Shown: positions 11,507 through 24,350, counted from the first letter of the stretch. The stretch is DNA of 64,000 nucleotides from Octopus sinensis (GCF_006345805.1 NC_043000.1:154070001-154134000); one strand, 5' to 3'. Translations and numbers: made by a program. The notes: a model not told the origin generated them from the sequence alone.

Positions 11507-11826
11507 GCATGTGTGTGTGGTTTGGATGAATGCAAGGAGACGTCATAACTGGAGTTAAGAGAAGAGCGACGTCAAGGCTGGAAGCCAGGGGAAGTGGCGT
11601 ACACCTATAAGTACGACCATCGAGCTCTGTTGACACTTGTGTATCGATGCTGTATATACTGTCCCAATTTTATCTGGAGGTAATAGCATCCTTGCTTTTT
11701 GCCTTCCTGCTACAGTATGTATACCGAACTACTCCGCATCATTGTCAGACTATGGAGTAATTTCTTATATTTGACTCGAGTCGAAAATTCTGGTATCGTG
11801 CACCGCTTCTTGTACAAAATCAACAT

Positions 11827-12061
11827 AAATACCTATTTCTTTACTACCCACAAGGGGCTAAACACAGAGGGGACAAACAAGGACAGACAAACGGACTAAG
11901 TCGATTACATCGACCCCAGTACGTAACTGGTACTTAATTTATCGACCCCAGAAGGATGAAAGGCAAAGTCGACCTCGGCGGAATTTGAACTCAGAACTTA
12001 ACGGCAGACAAAATACGGCTACGCATTTCGCCCGGCGTGCTAACGTTTCTGCCAGCTCACC
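11827..12061 (-). mobile_element. Deu/Nin-like SINE, tail type A
   Basis: Reverse complement of the 1467 unit; ends GAAATAGGTATTT. Confidence 0.9.
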
Positions 12062-12381
12062 TTTATCCATTTCAGTATGATTAAGAACTCAACATAACAA
12101 ACTTAAACTGATAAAAAATCAGAAGTAGTTCACAACAACAACAACGACAACAACAGTAGAAAAACAAAGAAACGTCACAAGCCGACACAACACGTCCACA
12201 ATAATCGCAACTGGCCTGGCAGTGAAATCGATATTCCTATTAATTCATGGTTCGTTCTTTCCTAACATGAAAACATCCATGTCTCATGTATAAACCTCAT
12301 CGCCAAAAGAGTTGTTCACCCCTTTAATAACCGCCAAGAGAGACAAATTCAAAAGAAACTGAAGCAAATTACTAGTTCATA

Positions 12382-12678
12382 TCTTTATATATAAAAGTGA
12401 AGTTGTGTGTCTGTCTCCTACGATTTAGATTCATAACTACTCCCACATTTTGCGGTGCAGTTTAACCAAAACCGGGTATCTTATAGTCGTGATTCATATC
12501 GAGCCCTTCTGGGTATTAGCGTGCGTCTACGATGAGTCTATGATTTTTTTAAAAATTACCATCATTTTTCCCATTTTCAATGCATTTTTTTGCTATTATA
12601 TAAGGGAAGTAACTCTCTAAAAATGCTTATATAGTTATTTCCCTTATATACCCGAGCAACACCGGGCGATACTGTTAG
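12382..12678 (+). mobile_element. Non-autonomous Helitron H1, short internally deleted copy
   Basis: A|TC start, hairpin CCCGAGCAACACCGGG, TTAG|T end. Confidence 0.8.
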
Positions 12679-12920
12679 TCATACCATAATTAACTACTTT
12701 AATAAACTGACTCACATTTTTCCATCAAACACAGCCCGCGATGGGCAGCAGCAACGAAAACAACAACTACAACAACAACCACATCAGCAACAAAAACAAC
12801 CACCACAACAGTAACAGCAGCCTTGCCGACGAAAGCAACAACAAATTTCTCTAAACCACCATTGCATAAAAAACTCAATACCATCATCATCGGTATCGTC
12901 ATTACTCTAATATTATTTTA

Positions 12921-12971
<51 letters not shown>

Positions 12972-13094
12972 CACAACCACCACCACCACAACCACCACTA
13001 CTACTACTACTACCACCACCACCACCACAACCACTACTACTACTACCTCATATTATAATTATCATTATTATTATTATTATCATCATCACCATAA

Positions 13095-13141
<47 letters not shown>
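12921..13141. repeat. Compound trinucleotide microsatellite (ACT/ACC/ATT/CAT)
   Basis: Direct inspection. Confidence 0.95.
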
Positions 13142-13529
13142 TACTCTTAATCTGTATGTTTGTTACAGTCACTTGCCGAGACACACCCAGTCTCCTAGGA
13201 CGAGTGAAGGATAAGAGATGGTACAGTATGATTGAAAGCTTGGGGAGGAGAATTAGCGAAATGTCTTCATGTAATAAACCACAGACATTTAAATGGATAG
13301 GATCTTTCTAAGGATGAGGGCGGTAATTGTCAGTACAATCTTTTGATTTCTCTGAGACATGGTTCTCCTGGGATCTTATCTAGATGTTTCCGACATCCCT
13401 TTTTTATCATACCAAGGGCACCTGAAATAACAGGAACATCTTTTGTATTTCAATTTCCAGGTCCTTATATTTACTTAGTCCGTCAAATTCCTTTACATAT
13501 ATATCTTTATCAGTGGGAACACTTATATC

Positions 13530-13530
<1 letters not shown>
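13142..13530 (-). mobile_element. R4/Dong-clade LINE 3' fragment
   Basis: Minus strand ISVPTDKDIYVKEFDGLSKYKDLEIEIQKM...GALGMIKKG, homologous to the C-terminus of ORF 24417; (ATT)n on both sides. Confidence 0.8.
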
Positions 13531-13622
<92 letters not shown>

Positions 13623-13634
13623 TACTATTATTAC

Positions 13635-13718
<84 letters not shown>

Positions 13719-13758
13719 TACTATTATTACTATTATTATTATTATTATTATTATTATT
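13530..13758. repeat. (ATT)n/(ATC)n compound microsatellite
   Basis: Direct inspection. Confidence 0.95.
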
Positions 13759-13936
13759 CATTTTCTTTTCCTTCCGCTTTCACTTCTGGCACTTCAACCA
13801 CTCAGGTCTACCAATGCCTTTCACCACTCAACCACTCCTTCTTTCTCCCTCGCCCACCACCACTACCTCAACGGGAACAGTACCAAAATCAACTACCTCT
13901 ATTACTACTACTTCTGCTAGTGTCCCACCTCGACCA

Positions 13937-13939
<3 letters not shown>

Positions 13940-14017
<78 letters not shown>
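13940..14017. repeat. (CT)n microsatellite
   Basis: Direct inspection. Confidence 0.95.
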
Positions 14018-14749
14018 AAACTTCCCAATATCATCAATGTCAAACAAATCTAAACCTAAAACTATTTAGAGTCCTTACGTTTGTTTTCGTTCGGTTTCCT
14101 TGTATGTCTCCACTGTCCTGTTTTTGTTCCCAACTTCGACCCTCCATAAAATCCCAAATTTTATTTTGGAATTTATGGGGACAACTGTCTTTGAAGATTC
14201 ATATCCTCGTTGAATGCTCGAAATAGCGAGTAGATAGAGAGCCGACAACTGATGAAGGGTCGTTTTCTGTGTTACGTGTCCTGTTTATCCATTTTGTCCT
14301 CTCGTTGTTTGCGTATTTAACTCATTTGTTTTCGTAGCCCTATATGTATATATATATGTATATGGGGTGGCTTGATGTCTGCGTGCATGTATGTGCAATC
14401 GGTTGGGTTCCTCTGTTTTGCATGTGTATAGTTGCGATTCTACCTCTTATATTATTTATTTATTTATTTATGATTTGGCTGTGTATGTGGCTATGTATGT
14501 GTGTATGTGTGTGGGTGTATGTGTGTATGTATACATATAACTATGTATGTATGTGCGCACGATCTGTGGATGTGCGTGTGCGTATGTATGTTTCTTGGCT
14601 AACTAACCGTAAAATTTCCATTGTGATTCAAATTTAAAACTATAAGCCAATCGAATCTATCTATGAAAATCAATACCAAGCGGACAGATGAATTCGACTT
14701 ATTGAGTATATATGTGGATGTCCGCTTGCTTTACATGGTACAATCATGA

Positions 14750-14796
<47 letters not shown>

Positions 14797-15080
14797 TATT
14801 ATTATTATATAAATATTAATTTTATTGACTTTTTGTGTGGTTATACATTTTAATGGACTGGACTGTTAAATATATATGCCTGCTTTAAATTTAAATGTGA
14901 GTGTACATGTATTTCCTTGATGTTGGTTATAGAACTATGAGTTCAATATGGAACATTATTGTGTTTGTTAATGTATATTGATATATATTGTTTATATTGT
15001 ATTATTGTGTATATATATATGTGTAGAATTATGAGTGTCTATGCACACATTTTTATATTTATATGTAAATTTTTTCATAC

Positions 15081-15212
15081 TTACATTAAATTCTCTGAAG
15101 AGGCCGTGAGACATTCTTGTTAATGTCTCATTTATACTTGCTTTATATGGCTAATAGGTTAAATGGGACATACCTGTCTTCACGGCCGAAACAGCTGTCA
15201 GCTACAATGTAA
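15081..15212 (+). ncRNA. Type-I hammerhead ribozyme candidate with intact core and long loop II
   Basis: CTGAAGA 15095-15101; stem II GGCCGTGA/TCACGGCC; GAAAC AGCT GTC 15188-15199; stem I CT/AG plus TTACATT/AATGTAA. Confidence 0.7.
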
Positions 15213-15371
15213 TTGTATTTTCTATTTCTATTTCTATGTCTAGTTATATTTGTAATATATTATGTATAATGTCATTGCTGTTGTGTAATGGTTTAATAAA
15301 GTATTGATTGGGTATTATCGGATGGTTGATGATTGATTTAGGTATGTTTCTCCATTTTCTCATTTTGTATG

Positions 15372-15455
<84 letters not shown>

Positions 15456-15611
15456 TAACAATAAGGGTTAACAATAACCCTTATTGTTATAATTACATAA
15501 GTTTTTATCGAATATCGGCCTTTTCCATACCGAAATACTCCTAGGTGAAATTTGTTGATTTTATTAAATTAATTATCTTTCATCCTATATATGTAATATA
15601 TATATATAATA

Positions 15612-15742
<131 letters not shown>

Positions 15743-16016
15743 AACACCTTTTATCAATTCAAAATGAACAATTAAATTACATTTTGAATTGATAACTGGT
15801 GGAGTTTTTTCTAATATTTATATATATTATATTTTGTGAAATTTGATTTAGTATTTCTAAATTGAATTTTTTCCTGTAAGTTAGGAATAATATTCCCTCA
15901 AATTATTATTATATATATATATATATATTATATATATAATATATATATGTATATTTATATCACATGTATATATATATATTATATGTATGTATGTATATTT
16001 ATATACACATGTATAT

Positions 16017-16073
<57 letters not shown>

Positions 16074-16124
16074 GAGCGAATCTGTATACATGTATGTATC
16101 TAGATGTAGCTATCTTTTTCTCAA

Positions 16125-16485
16125 CATAGTTCCTGCATCAGTCCTACTGCGTGGCACCTTGGTCTTCTACCAGAACCTCGGGCTATCCAAAGCTTTGTGA
16201 GTGGATTTGGTAGACGGAAACTGAAAGAAACCCGTCATATATATGTGTGTGTGTGTCTATGTGTGTGCGCCTGCGCGTGCTTGTTTGTTTTTGTTCCCCA
16301 CACCATTGCTGCTTGACAGCCGGTGTTGGTGTGTGTATGTCCCCTAACATAGCTGTTCGATGAAAAAAAAACCTATCGCATAAGTACTAAAAATAAATAA
16401 GCACTAAAAAAATAGTCCTTGGGTCTATTTGTGCTCCGGTAAGGCCGCAGTAAACGACTAAAACAATTGAAAGAATAAAAGAATA
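16125..16485 (+). mobile_element. CORE-type SINE family A, diverged copy
   Basis: TGCGTGGCACCTTGG and GTGAGTGGATTTGGTAGACGGAAACTGAAAG. Confidence 0.75.
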
Positions 16486-17364
16486 TACATATTAAGAGAG
16501 GGAAGAGAGAGAGTGAGAGAGAGGGGCGTTAGACAGACATACCGACAGACATATATAGACAGAAATAGTTTAAATACGAACGTATGTATATGTATGTATG
16601 TGTATACATAAGGGCGGGTAAATACATGCATTTACACGTACCTAATGCATGAGTGTGGGTGTGTGCATGTCTGTGTGTGTAAATGCATGCACTTACACAT
16701 TCCTAATGCATGAGTGTGTGTGTGTATATGTCTGTGTCTATGTATCTGTGCGCGCGCGTGTATGTGCACACACACGTGCGCGTGTGTGTGTATACATAGT
16801 CTAATCATTGAGGGGTTTTTTATGGTAAATCTATTACACAGTATTAGCACACAGGAAGTTAAATTCAGTTTGATGGGCGATGACAGAACTCGTTCGACTG
16901 TGGAAGCTGATAGCGGAAGTCCCATGTAGTCAGCATCTTGTCTTTGAGAGCAAGAATATAAAGGCAACTAAACTCAACAATTAGTTGAAATCAAGTTGGA
17001 AGCCTTCAAATTCACTGAGAAATAAAGTGTACCCTCTGGAAGTATTCTGTTACGCTATTACGTAGACGCCATCTTTTCTTCTAGTCAACCTTGTGGAAAT
17101 TTTAACAAGCAATTAACCTATTTCAATGCTTTAATAACGACAGCAACAATTACAACTATAATCTAGAACCAACGAGAAAGCTTCTACATGGAACTTTGAC
17201 CCGTATAGAATTAGCAACCAAATCTACCTTGGATCATGGGAAAGATATATTGGATGAAACGGAGTGGCAACAGCAAGAACGTCTTTGATCGATCATAAGT
17301 CATGTATGTCCTAAAGCTAAATAATAACACCACTGCCGACAACAATAGTAATAATAATAGCTTC

Positions 17365-17480
17365 ATGTGTTGGCACCAGGCCAGCAATATTGCTGAGGAA
17401 GGGGATTAATCGACTATATCCACCCCAATATTCGACTGATACTTTATTTTATCGATCCCGAAGGATGATAAGCAAATTTG
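17365..17480 (-). mobile_element. Degenerate Deu/Nin-like SINE fragment
   Basis: TTTTATCGATCCCGAAGGATGA core remnant. Confidence 0.5.
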
Positions 17481-17721
17481 GTTTAGCCGGTATCATATTG
17501 GCTGTTGGAAGAGCTAACTTTCACTTCGATTTGGGAAGCCATGTTGTTATCTTTTAATATGTAACTTCGATGTATAAAACTTTTAAAACTTTTAAAATTC
17601 GCCCAGAGAAAGTTAAATAACAAAATGCTACACAAAAATTACATTGTTTGATACGAGAAAATTCGAAAACAAAATACGAACCCCAATTCGATGTTTATCA
17701 CTTTCAAACAACATCAGTAAT

Positions 17722-17875
17722 GGTTTCTGACTTAAGTACAAGCCAGCAGTTTTGAGGAAGGGCTTAAGTGGATATCTTGGACTCAAGTGCTTGAGTGGTA
17801 CTTTATTTCATCGAGCACAAAAGTATGAAAGGCAAAGGCAACCCCGATGGCATTCGAACACAGGAGGTAAAGAAT
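17722..17875 (-). mobile_element. Degenerate Deu/Nin-like SINE fragment
   Basis: GGTACTTTATTTCATCGA...ATGAAAGGCAAAG core remnant. Confidence 0.55.
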
Positions 17876-17878
17876 CGG

Positions 17879-18252
17879 GGTTCCGGGTTCAGTCCCACTG
17901 CGTGGCATCTTGGGCAAGTGTCTTCTGCTATAGCCCCGGGCCGACCAATGCCTTGTGAGTGGATTTGGTAGACGGAAACTGAAAGAAGCCTGTTGTATAT
18001 ATGTATATATATATAAGTGTGTGTGTATATGTTTATGTGTCTGTGTTTGTCCCCCTAGCATTGCTTGACAACCGATGCTGGTGTGCTTACGTCCCCGTCA
18101 CTTAGCGGTTCGGCAAAAGAGACCGATAGAATAAGTACTGGGCTTACAAAGAATAAGTCCCGGGGTCGATTTGCTCGTCTAAAGGCGGTGCTCCAGCATG
18201 GCCGCAGTCAAATGACTGAAACAAGTAAAAGAGTAAAAGAGTAAAAGAGTAA
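17879..18252 (+). mobile_element. CORE-type SINE family A, 5'-truncated
   Basis: GGTTCAGTCCC B-box, CTTGGGCAAGTGTCTT CORE-like block, internal (TA)/(TG), (GTAAAAGA)n tail. Confidence 0.9.
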
Positions 18253-18256
18253 TTAT

Positions 18257-18662
18257 CTGGCACAATCGTTAGCACACCGGGCGAAATGCATAGCGGTATT
18301 TCGCCTGTCGTTACGTTCTGAGTTCAAATTCAGCCGAGTTCAGCTTTGCCTTTCATCCTTTCGGGTCGATAAATTAAGTACCAGTTACGTACTGGGGTCA
18401 ATATAATCGACTTAATCCGTTTGTCTGTCCTTGTTTGTCCTCTCTGTGTTTAGCCCCTTGTGGGTAGTAAAGAAATAGGCATTTCGTCTGTCGTTACGTT
18501 CTGAGTTCAAATTCCGCCGAGGTCAGCTTTGCCTTTCATCATTTCGGAGTCGATACATTAAATACCAGTGAATAACTGGGGTCGATGAAATCGACTAGTT
18601 CCCTATCCAAAAATGTCAGGCCTTGTGCCTTTAGTAGAAAGAATTATCATTATTATTGTTAT
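18257..18662 (+). mobile_element. Deu/Nin-like SINE dimer (unit 1 tail A, unit 2 tail B)
   Basis: Second body starts at GGCATTTCG 18478 and ends CAGGCCTTGTGCCTTTAGTAGAAAG(ATT)n. Confidence 0.8.
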
Positions 18663-19103
18663 TATATATTTCTTTTCTTTTCTCTTCTAGTTTCATGGTA
18701 TGAAATATTAATGCGGGACTCTTTCAGGGAGCAGACGGGCCCCTCTGAGCTTCTATAAGCAAACCTGTCAAGTGTTGTTATATAGCACAAACAACTCCTT
18801 TGCCATGTAAGGATAAACTGGGACCCAAAATACCATGCACACACACACACACACACACATACACACACACATACACACACACACATTGTTCTTGTTCCGA
18901 AAGAGAAGGTTAATACATCTTAATCTTATCCTACAACTAACATCTTCCTCCGCCTACCACAAACTCTCCCCCCATTGTCTCAGGAATGCCTACATCTCTC
19001 CAGACCCCCTTGCCATCCCTACCTCTCCCTACACACTCCTAAGCGTCTACTCTCCTTCTACTCCTACCTTTTCAGATTACTTTTTCTGTTTTGTTTTTGC
19101 TTC

Positions 19104-20180
19104 TCTCTCTCTTTCTCATCTACCTCTCTCTCTCCCCTATCTCTCTCTCCCCTGTCTCTTTCTCACCTATCTTTCTCCCTCTCGTTCTCTCTCGCCTACA
19201 TCTTTCCCTCTCTCTCTCACCTACCGCTCTTCCTCTCTCTCTCTCTCTCTCTCTCTCACCTACCTCTCTTTCTCTCTCACCTACCTCTCTCTCTCCCCTA
19301 TCTCTCTCTCACCTACCTCACTCGTTCTCTCTCGCCTACCTCTCTCCCCATCTCTCTCACCTACATCTCTCCCTCTCTCTCTCACACCTACCTCTCTTCC
19401 TCTATCTCTCTCTCTCTTTCTCTCTCACCTACCTCTCTCTCTCCCCTATCCCTCTCTCACCTACCTCACTCGTTCTCTCTCACCTACCTCTCTCCCTCTC
19501 TCTCTCACCTACATCTCTCCCTCTCTCTCTCACACCTACCTCTCTTCCTCTCTCTCTCTCTCTCCCTTTCTCTCTCACCTACCTCTCTCTCTGTCTCCCC
19601 TATCCCTCTCTCACCTACCTCACTCGTTCTCTCTCACCTACCTCTCTCCCTCTCTCTCTCACCTACATCTCTCCCTCTCTCTCTCACCTACATCTCTCCC
19701 TCTCTCTCTCACACCTACCTCTCTTCCCTCTCTCTCTCTCTCTTTCTCTCTCACCTACCTCTCTCTCTGTCTCCCCTATCTCTCTCTCAACTACCTCTCT
19801 CGTTCTCTCTCGCCTAACTCTCTCCCTCTCTCTCTCACCTACCTCTCTCTCTCACCTACCTCTCTCCCTCTCTCTCTCACCTACATCTCTCCCTCTCTTT
19901 CTCACACCTACCTCTCTTCCTCTCTCTCTCTCTGTCTCTTTCTCTCTCACCTACCTCTCTCTGTCTCCCCTATCTCTCTCAACTACCTCTCTCGTTCTCT
20001 CTCACCTACCTCTCTCCCTCTCTCTCACCTACCTCTCTCCCTCTCTCTCACCTACATCTGTTTTTCCCTACCTCTCTCCTCTTTCTCCCCAACGCGCTCC
20101 CTCTCTCTTTCTCTCTCACACCCCCACTCTCTCTCTTACTCTCTCACCCCCTCTCTCTCTTTCTTTCTCACCCCCTCTGT
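19104..20180. repeat. CT-rich satellite with a higher-order unit of 140-192 bp
   Basis: Marker CGTTCTCT at 19183, 19323, 19471, 19625, 19801, 19993. Confidence 0.9.
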
Positions 20181-20235
20181 ATCGCTCTCTCTCCGGTTTT
20201 ACATTGTGTCATCCATGATGAATTTTTATATTAGT

Positions 20236-20905
20236 TATCAGGTCATCCCATAAGTTCTGTCCGATTTTACCTTTTTTTAAAGTTAAATTAATAGTATTTT
20301 AGAGTGCCTAATGGAATTAAAAATTATTTTATGCATTTGTGTACATTTAAACTAATTAAATATTATTTTAAAGAATAATAGAATTGAAATTTATTAAAAC
20401 CCTTTCTAACATGGAAGTATCCAAAGAGCATTTAAGGTACATAATACTTTATGAGTACAAAAAAAGAAAGTCTGCAGCCGAAGCGACTCGAAACATTCAC
20501 TCAGTTTATGAGAAAGAATGCTTGAATGAAAGAACTTGCAGAAGATGGTTTGCAAAATTCAGAAGTGGAGATTTCAGCCTTGGAGACGAAGATCGCACAT
20601 GACGTCCAGTTGTGTTTGATGATAAGCCCCTTCGGGCACTACTTGAAGAAAATCCTGCATTATCAGTTGAAGAGTTGGCAATAAAGCTTATTTCAAACCA
20701 TACAACTGTTCATCGTCATCTTCAACAACTTGGAAAGGTTCCTAAACTTGGAAAATGGGTGCCTCATGAATTGTCCGAAAGCAACCGCAAGTCCCGAGTT
20801 GACATCTGCTCTTCTCTCCATTCTCACGAACTCATTTCACCCTTTTTGGATAGACTTGTGACGAAAACTGGATTTTCTATCGAAATGTTAAACGTCGTAA
20901 AAGGG
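20236..20905 (+). mobile_element. Mariner (Tc1/mariner) 5' half, transposase pseudogene
   Basis: TIR-like TATCAGGTCATCCCATAAG; HTH region RRWFAKFRSGDFSL, stop at 20600-20602, KWVPHEL, then out-of-frame DENWIFY; truncated. Confidence 0.9.
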
Positions 20906-21096
20906 AGAAAGTGAGATATTATGAGTTAGAAGTCTAAGGGATAAATGTATCCGTAGGCAAAATAACAAACTTAAACAGCTGTAAATGTTATCTTAACCAT
21001 AATTAAACTATGATCATTCAATACTAATGATCAACTTCTAATTGTCACATGTTGCCCCATTTTTTTCGTATACATGCATATATATATATATTATAT

Positions 21097-21500
21097 ATAG
21101 GCGGAGTGGCTGTGTGGTATCTTTACCAACCACATGGTTCCGGGTTCAGTCCCACTGCGTGGCATCTTGGGCAAGTGTCTTCTGCTATAGCCCCGGGCCG
21201 ACCAATGCCTTGTGAGTGGATTTGGTAGACGGAAACTGAAAGAAGCCTGTCGTATATATGTATATATATATATGTATGTGTGTGTGTGTGTTTGTGTGTC
21301 TGTGTTTGTCCCCCTAGCATTGCTTGACCACCGATGCTGGTGTGTTTACGTCCCCGTCACTTAGCGGTTCTGCAAAAGAGACCGATAGAATAAGTACTGG
21401 GCTTACAAAAGAATAAGTCCCGGGGTCGATTTGCTCGACTAACGGCGATGCTCCAGCATGGCCGCAGTCAAATGACTGAAACAAGTAAGAGAGTAAAAGA

Positions 21501-21503
<3 letters not shown>
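21097..21503 (+). mobile_element. CORE-type SINE family A, near full length
   Basis: GGAGTGGCTGTGTGGT head through GTAAAAGAGTA tail. Confidence 0.9.
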
Positions 21504-21554
<51 letters not shown>

Positions 21555-21861
21555 GCACATACATGCATATACATATATCTGGACGTACATACACACACAC
21601 ACATATAGACATTATATGCACAGGTACTCACTCATACACCACCATATGTGCCTAGGGATGCCAAAATATGTGCATAGACACATATAAGCACTCATCTGTA
21701 GACATGAAAATGCATGCACGTATATATGCATTCCCACATATCTTGATGCCCCCATAATGTATATTATCCATATATATATACATACATACATACATACATA
21801 CATATAGTGTCATATACATATATGTACAAACGGAATATGCATATATTCATATATAAACACA

Positions 21862-22073
21862 TACTCTTTTACTCTTTTACTTGTTTCAGTCATTTGACTG
21901 CGGCCATGCTGGAGCACCGCCTTTAATCGAGCAACTCGACCCCGGGACTTATTCTTTTGTAAGCCCAGTATTTATTCTATCGGTCTCTTTTGCCGAACTG
22001 CTAAGTAACGGGGACATAAACACACCAGCATTGGTTGTCAAGCAATGCTGGGGGGACAAACACAGACACACAA

Positions 22074-22106
<33 letters not shown>

Positions 22107-22280
22107 CATATTTACGACGGGCTTCTTTCAGTTTCCGTCTACCAAATCCACTCACAAGGCTTTGGTCGGCCCAAGGCTATAGTAGAAGACACTTGCCCAA
22201 GGTGCCACGCAGTGGGATTGAACCCGAAACCATGTGGTTGGTAAACAAGCTACTTACCACACAGCCACTCCTGCACCTGT
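21862..22280 (-). mobile_element. CORE-type SINE family A, full length
   Basis: Reverse complement of family A. Confidence 0.9.
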
Positions 22281-22347
22281 ACATGTACATAATTAACACA
22301 GAAATATATATTCACACGCATGCGCATACATATAATTCATTTGTACC

Positions 22348-22528
22348 TTAAGGCTACCATTGATTTCATGTTAAGAAAGAATCTTAACGTCTTACCAATT
22401 TTCAACACAAGTGTTTTTTTCGTATTTTAATCCAAAATGGAGACAAACACCAATAGCGCTATGTGATCGGTTTGAAAATTGTTAAGATATTAAGATTTTT
22501 TTAAACATGAAACCAATGGTAGCCTTAA
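22348..22528. mobile_element. MITE-like element with ~55-bp imperfect TIRs
   Basis: TTAAGGCTACCATTGATTTCATGTT ... AACATGAAACCAATGGTAGCCTTAA; related single ends near 7545-7645 and 29145-29225. Confidence 0.6.
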
Positions 22529-23280
22529 TACACAAATAAAGATTTACGTATATATACATATCATTCAACTACGGTAGTAGTTGGATAATATTCTTAAGGC
22601 TGAAATTTACTCACATGCATCTTTCAGAGCTTGTCGCTAATTCAGTTCTTAACCAAATAGAAAACCGACCGTTAACGTTTTTGAAGAGGACTAGTCCCTA
22701 GCTACATTTTGGCATAAGACATTGAGATTTGGTCCTGTAGAAAAATGTTTACATTAAAATTTGTAGCGACGTTTTAGGATTATGTAACACCACCAATCAA
22801 GTTTAGATCTAGATAATTTTTTTTTATTTTTTAAGCATAATATATTTATCTTAGCTTCAATGATAGAAGAAAGCGTGAAGAATTTTATAGTTTTGATCCC
22901 ATGCAACAAAAATTTGCGCCAAAAATGTTGTGAGGTAAAATATCACGAAAAAAATATGTTAGGCAAAAATTGGATTTAAGTATAATAAAGTTTTTATTTT
23001 GAAAACAAACTATATGTTAATTAAGCTTAAATGATAGAGAGCAATTCGAGAAATGTCATGGTATCAATCTCATGCAATGAAGTTTTAAAAGAAATTATTT
23101 GTTTCTCAAATTTGAGGTTGATAATATAGTTCTATACTTTTTATGAATATAGTTCTAGGGGACTTTTGATATATGTCACCGGCATCATTGAGATAAGGAA
23201 AAAATTATCATCGACGCTGCTAATTGAAACATTTGACGTATTATTAATTAGCATAATAGCATAGCCTATCAAAAACATGG

Positions 23281-23995
23281 ATTACATGAAAAGATGCGAG
23301 CAAGAGAAATAATATTCTTAAGATTATATATCTATTTCTTTATTACGCACAAGGGGCTAAACACAGAGGGGACAAACAAGGATAGACAAACGGATCAAGT
23401 CGATTACATCGACCCCAGTACGTAACTGGTACTTATTTAATCGACCCCGAAAGGATGAAAGGCAAAGTCGACCTCGGCAGAATTTGAACTCAGAACGTAA
23501 CGGCAGACGAAATACGGCTACGCATTTCGCCCGGCGTGCTAACGGTTCTGCCAGCTCGCCGCCTTCTAAGATTATATATCTTCAAAAGCACAGGACAAGG
23601 TATTACACTTTGAAAAGTTCAGGACAAGTTATTACATCTGGTAAAGTACAGATCAAAATTATTTATTTGTAATATTGCAGCTAGGGATAAAATATTTTAA
23701 TTGAGTTATTTTTTATTTTTAACATAAGTAGCAAGTAATAACAAATACAAGTAATAACTTCTAATAAAATTTTTAGTTTTAATAAAAGTTAATATTTGCT
23801 AAATCTAAATTTTTTATTTGAAATTGTATCCTTAGCTGCAATATTTTAAGTAAATATGTTCTTGTTCTGTACTTTACCAGATGTAAAAATTGTCCTGAAC
23901 TTTTCCAAGCCTAATAACTTGTCCAACTTGTACTGTAGTTTGCCAGATTCGTAATCTTCAGAATATTATTTCTCTTTCTCACATTTTCCATTTAA
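23281..23995. mobile_element. Old MITE/fold-back DNA element with ~170-bp imperfect inverted arms, interrupted by a SINE
   Basis: AAAAGTTCAGGACAA..ACATCTGGTAAAGTACAG..AATATTGCAGCTA on the left arm is inverted at 23821-23995. Confidence 0.7.
23334..23566 (-). mobile_element. Deu/Nin-like SINE, tail A, with 15-bp TSD
   Basis: TSD TAAGATTATATATCT at 23319-23333 and 23567-23581. Confidence 0.9.
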
Positions 23996-24033
23996 TATAT
24001 ATATATATGTATGTATAAAAAATATATATATAA

Positions 24034-24272
24034 ATACAAAATGGGACAAAAACGCAAAACATTCAAATAGACGATAGGAAAACGGACGGGTCATTCGAAG
24101 CCTCTAATCTTCAGTCAAGAACCGGATCATTCTCGCAATTTCGGCTGATTAATCTTGAGATTGCTCCGATCTGGCCAGCCCCAAGGAAAAACTAAGCTAC
24201 GAGCATTAGATTTGTTGGAAAAAGATCGAATGTCTACGAAACAAGGAGAGAAAAACGGACGATGTTACACGA
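24034..24272. mobile_element. Dispersed repeat family P2, second copy
   Basis: Matches 8052-8296. Confidence 0.75.
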
Positions 24273-24319
24273 AAATAAATACAAAACACAAAAAGTAATA
24301 TGAATATAAATACAAAACC

Positions 24320-24350
<31 letters not shown>

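Noticed and set aside
14185-14265. TTGAAGA..GAAA and CTGATGA motifs in a PLE-like module
   Set aside because: Core is mutated and stems are inconsistent
22848-23085. Diverged ~170-bp tandem duplication
   Set aside because: Too decayed to assign termini or a family
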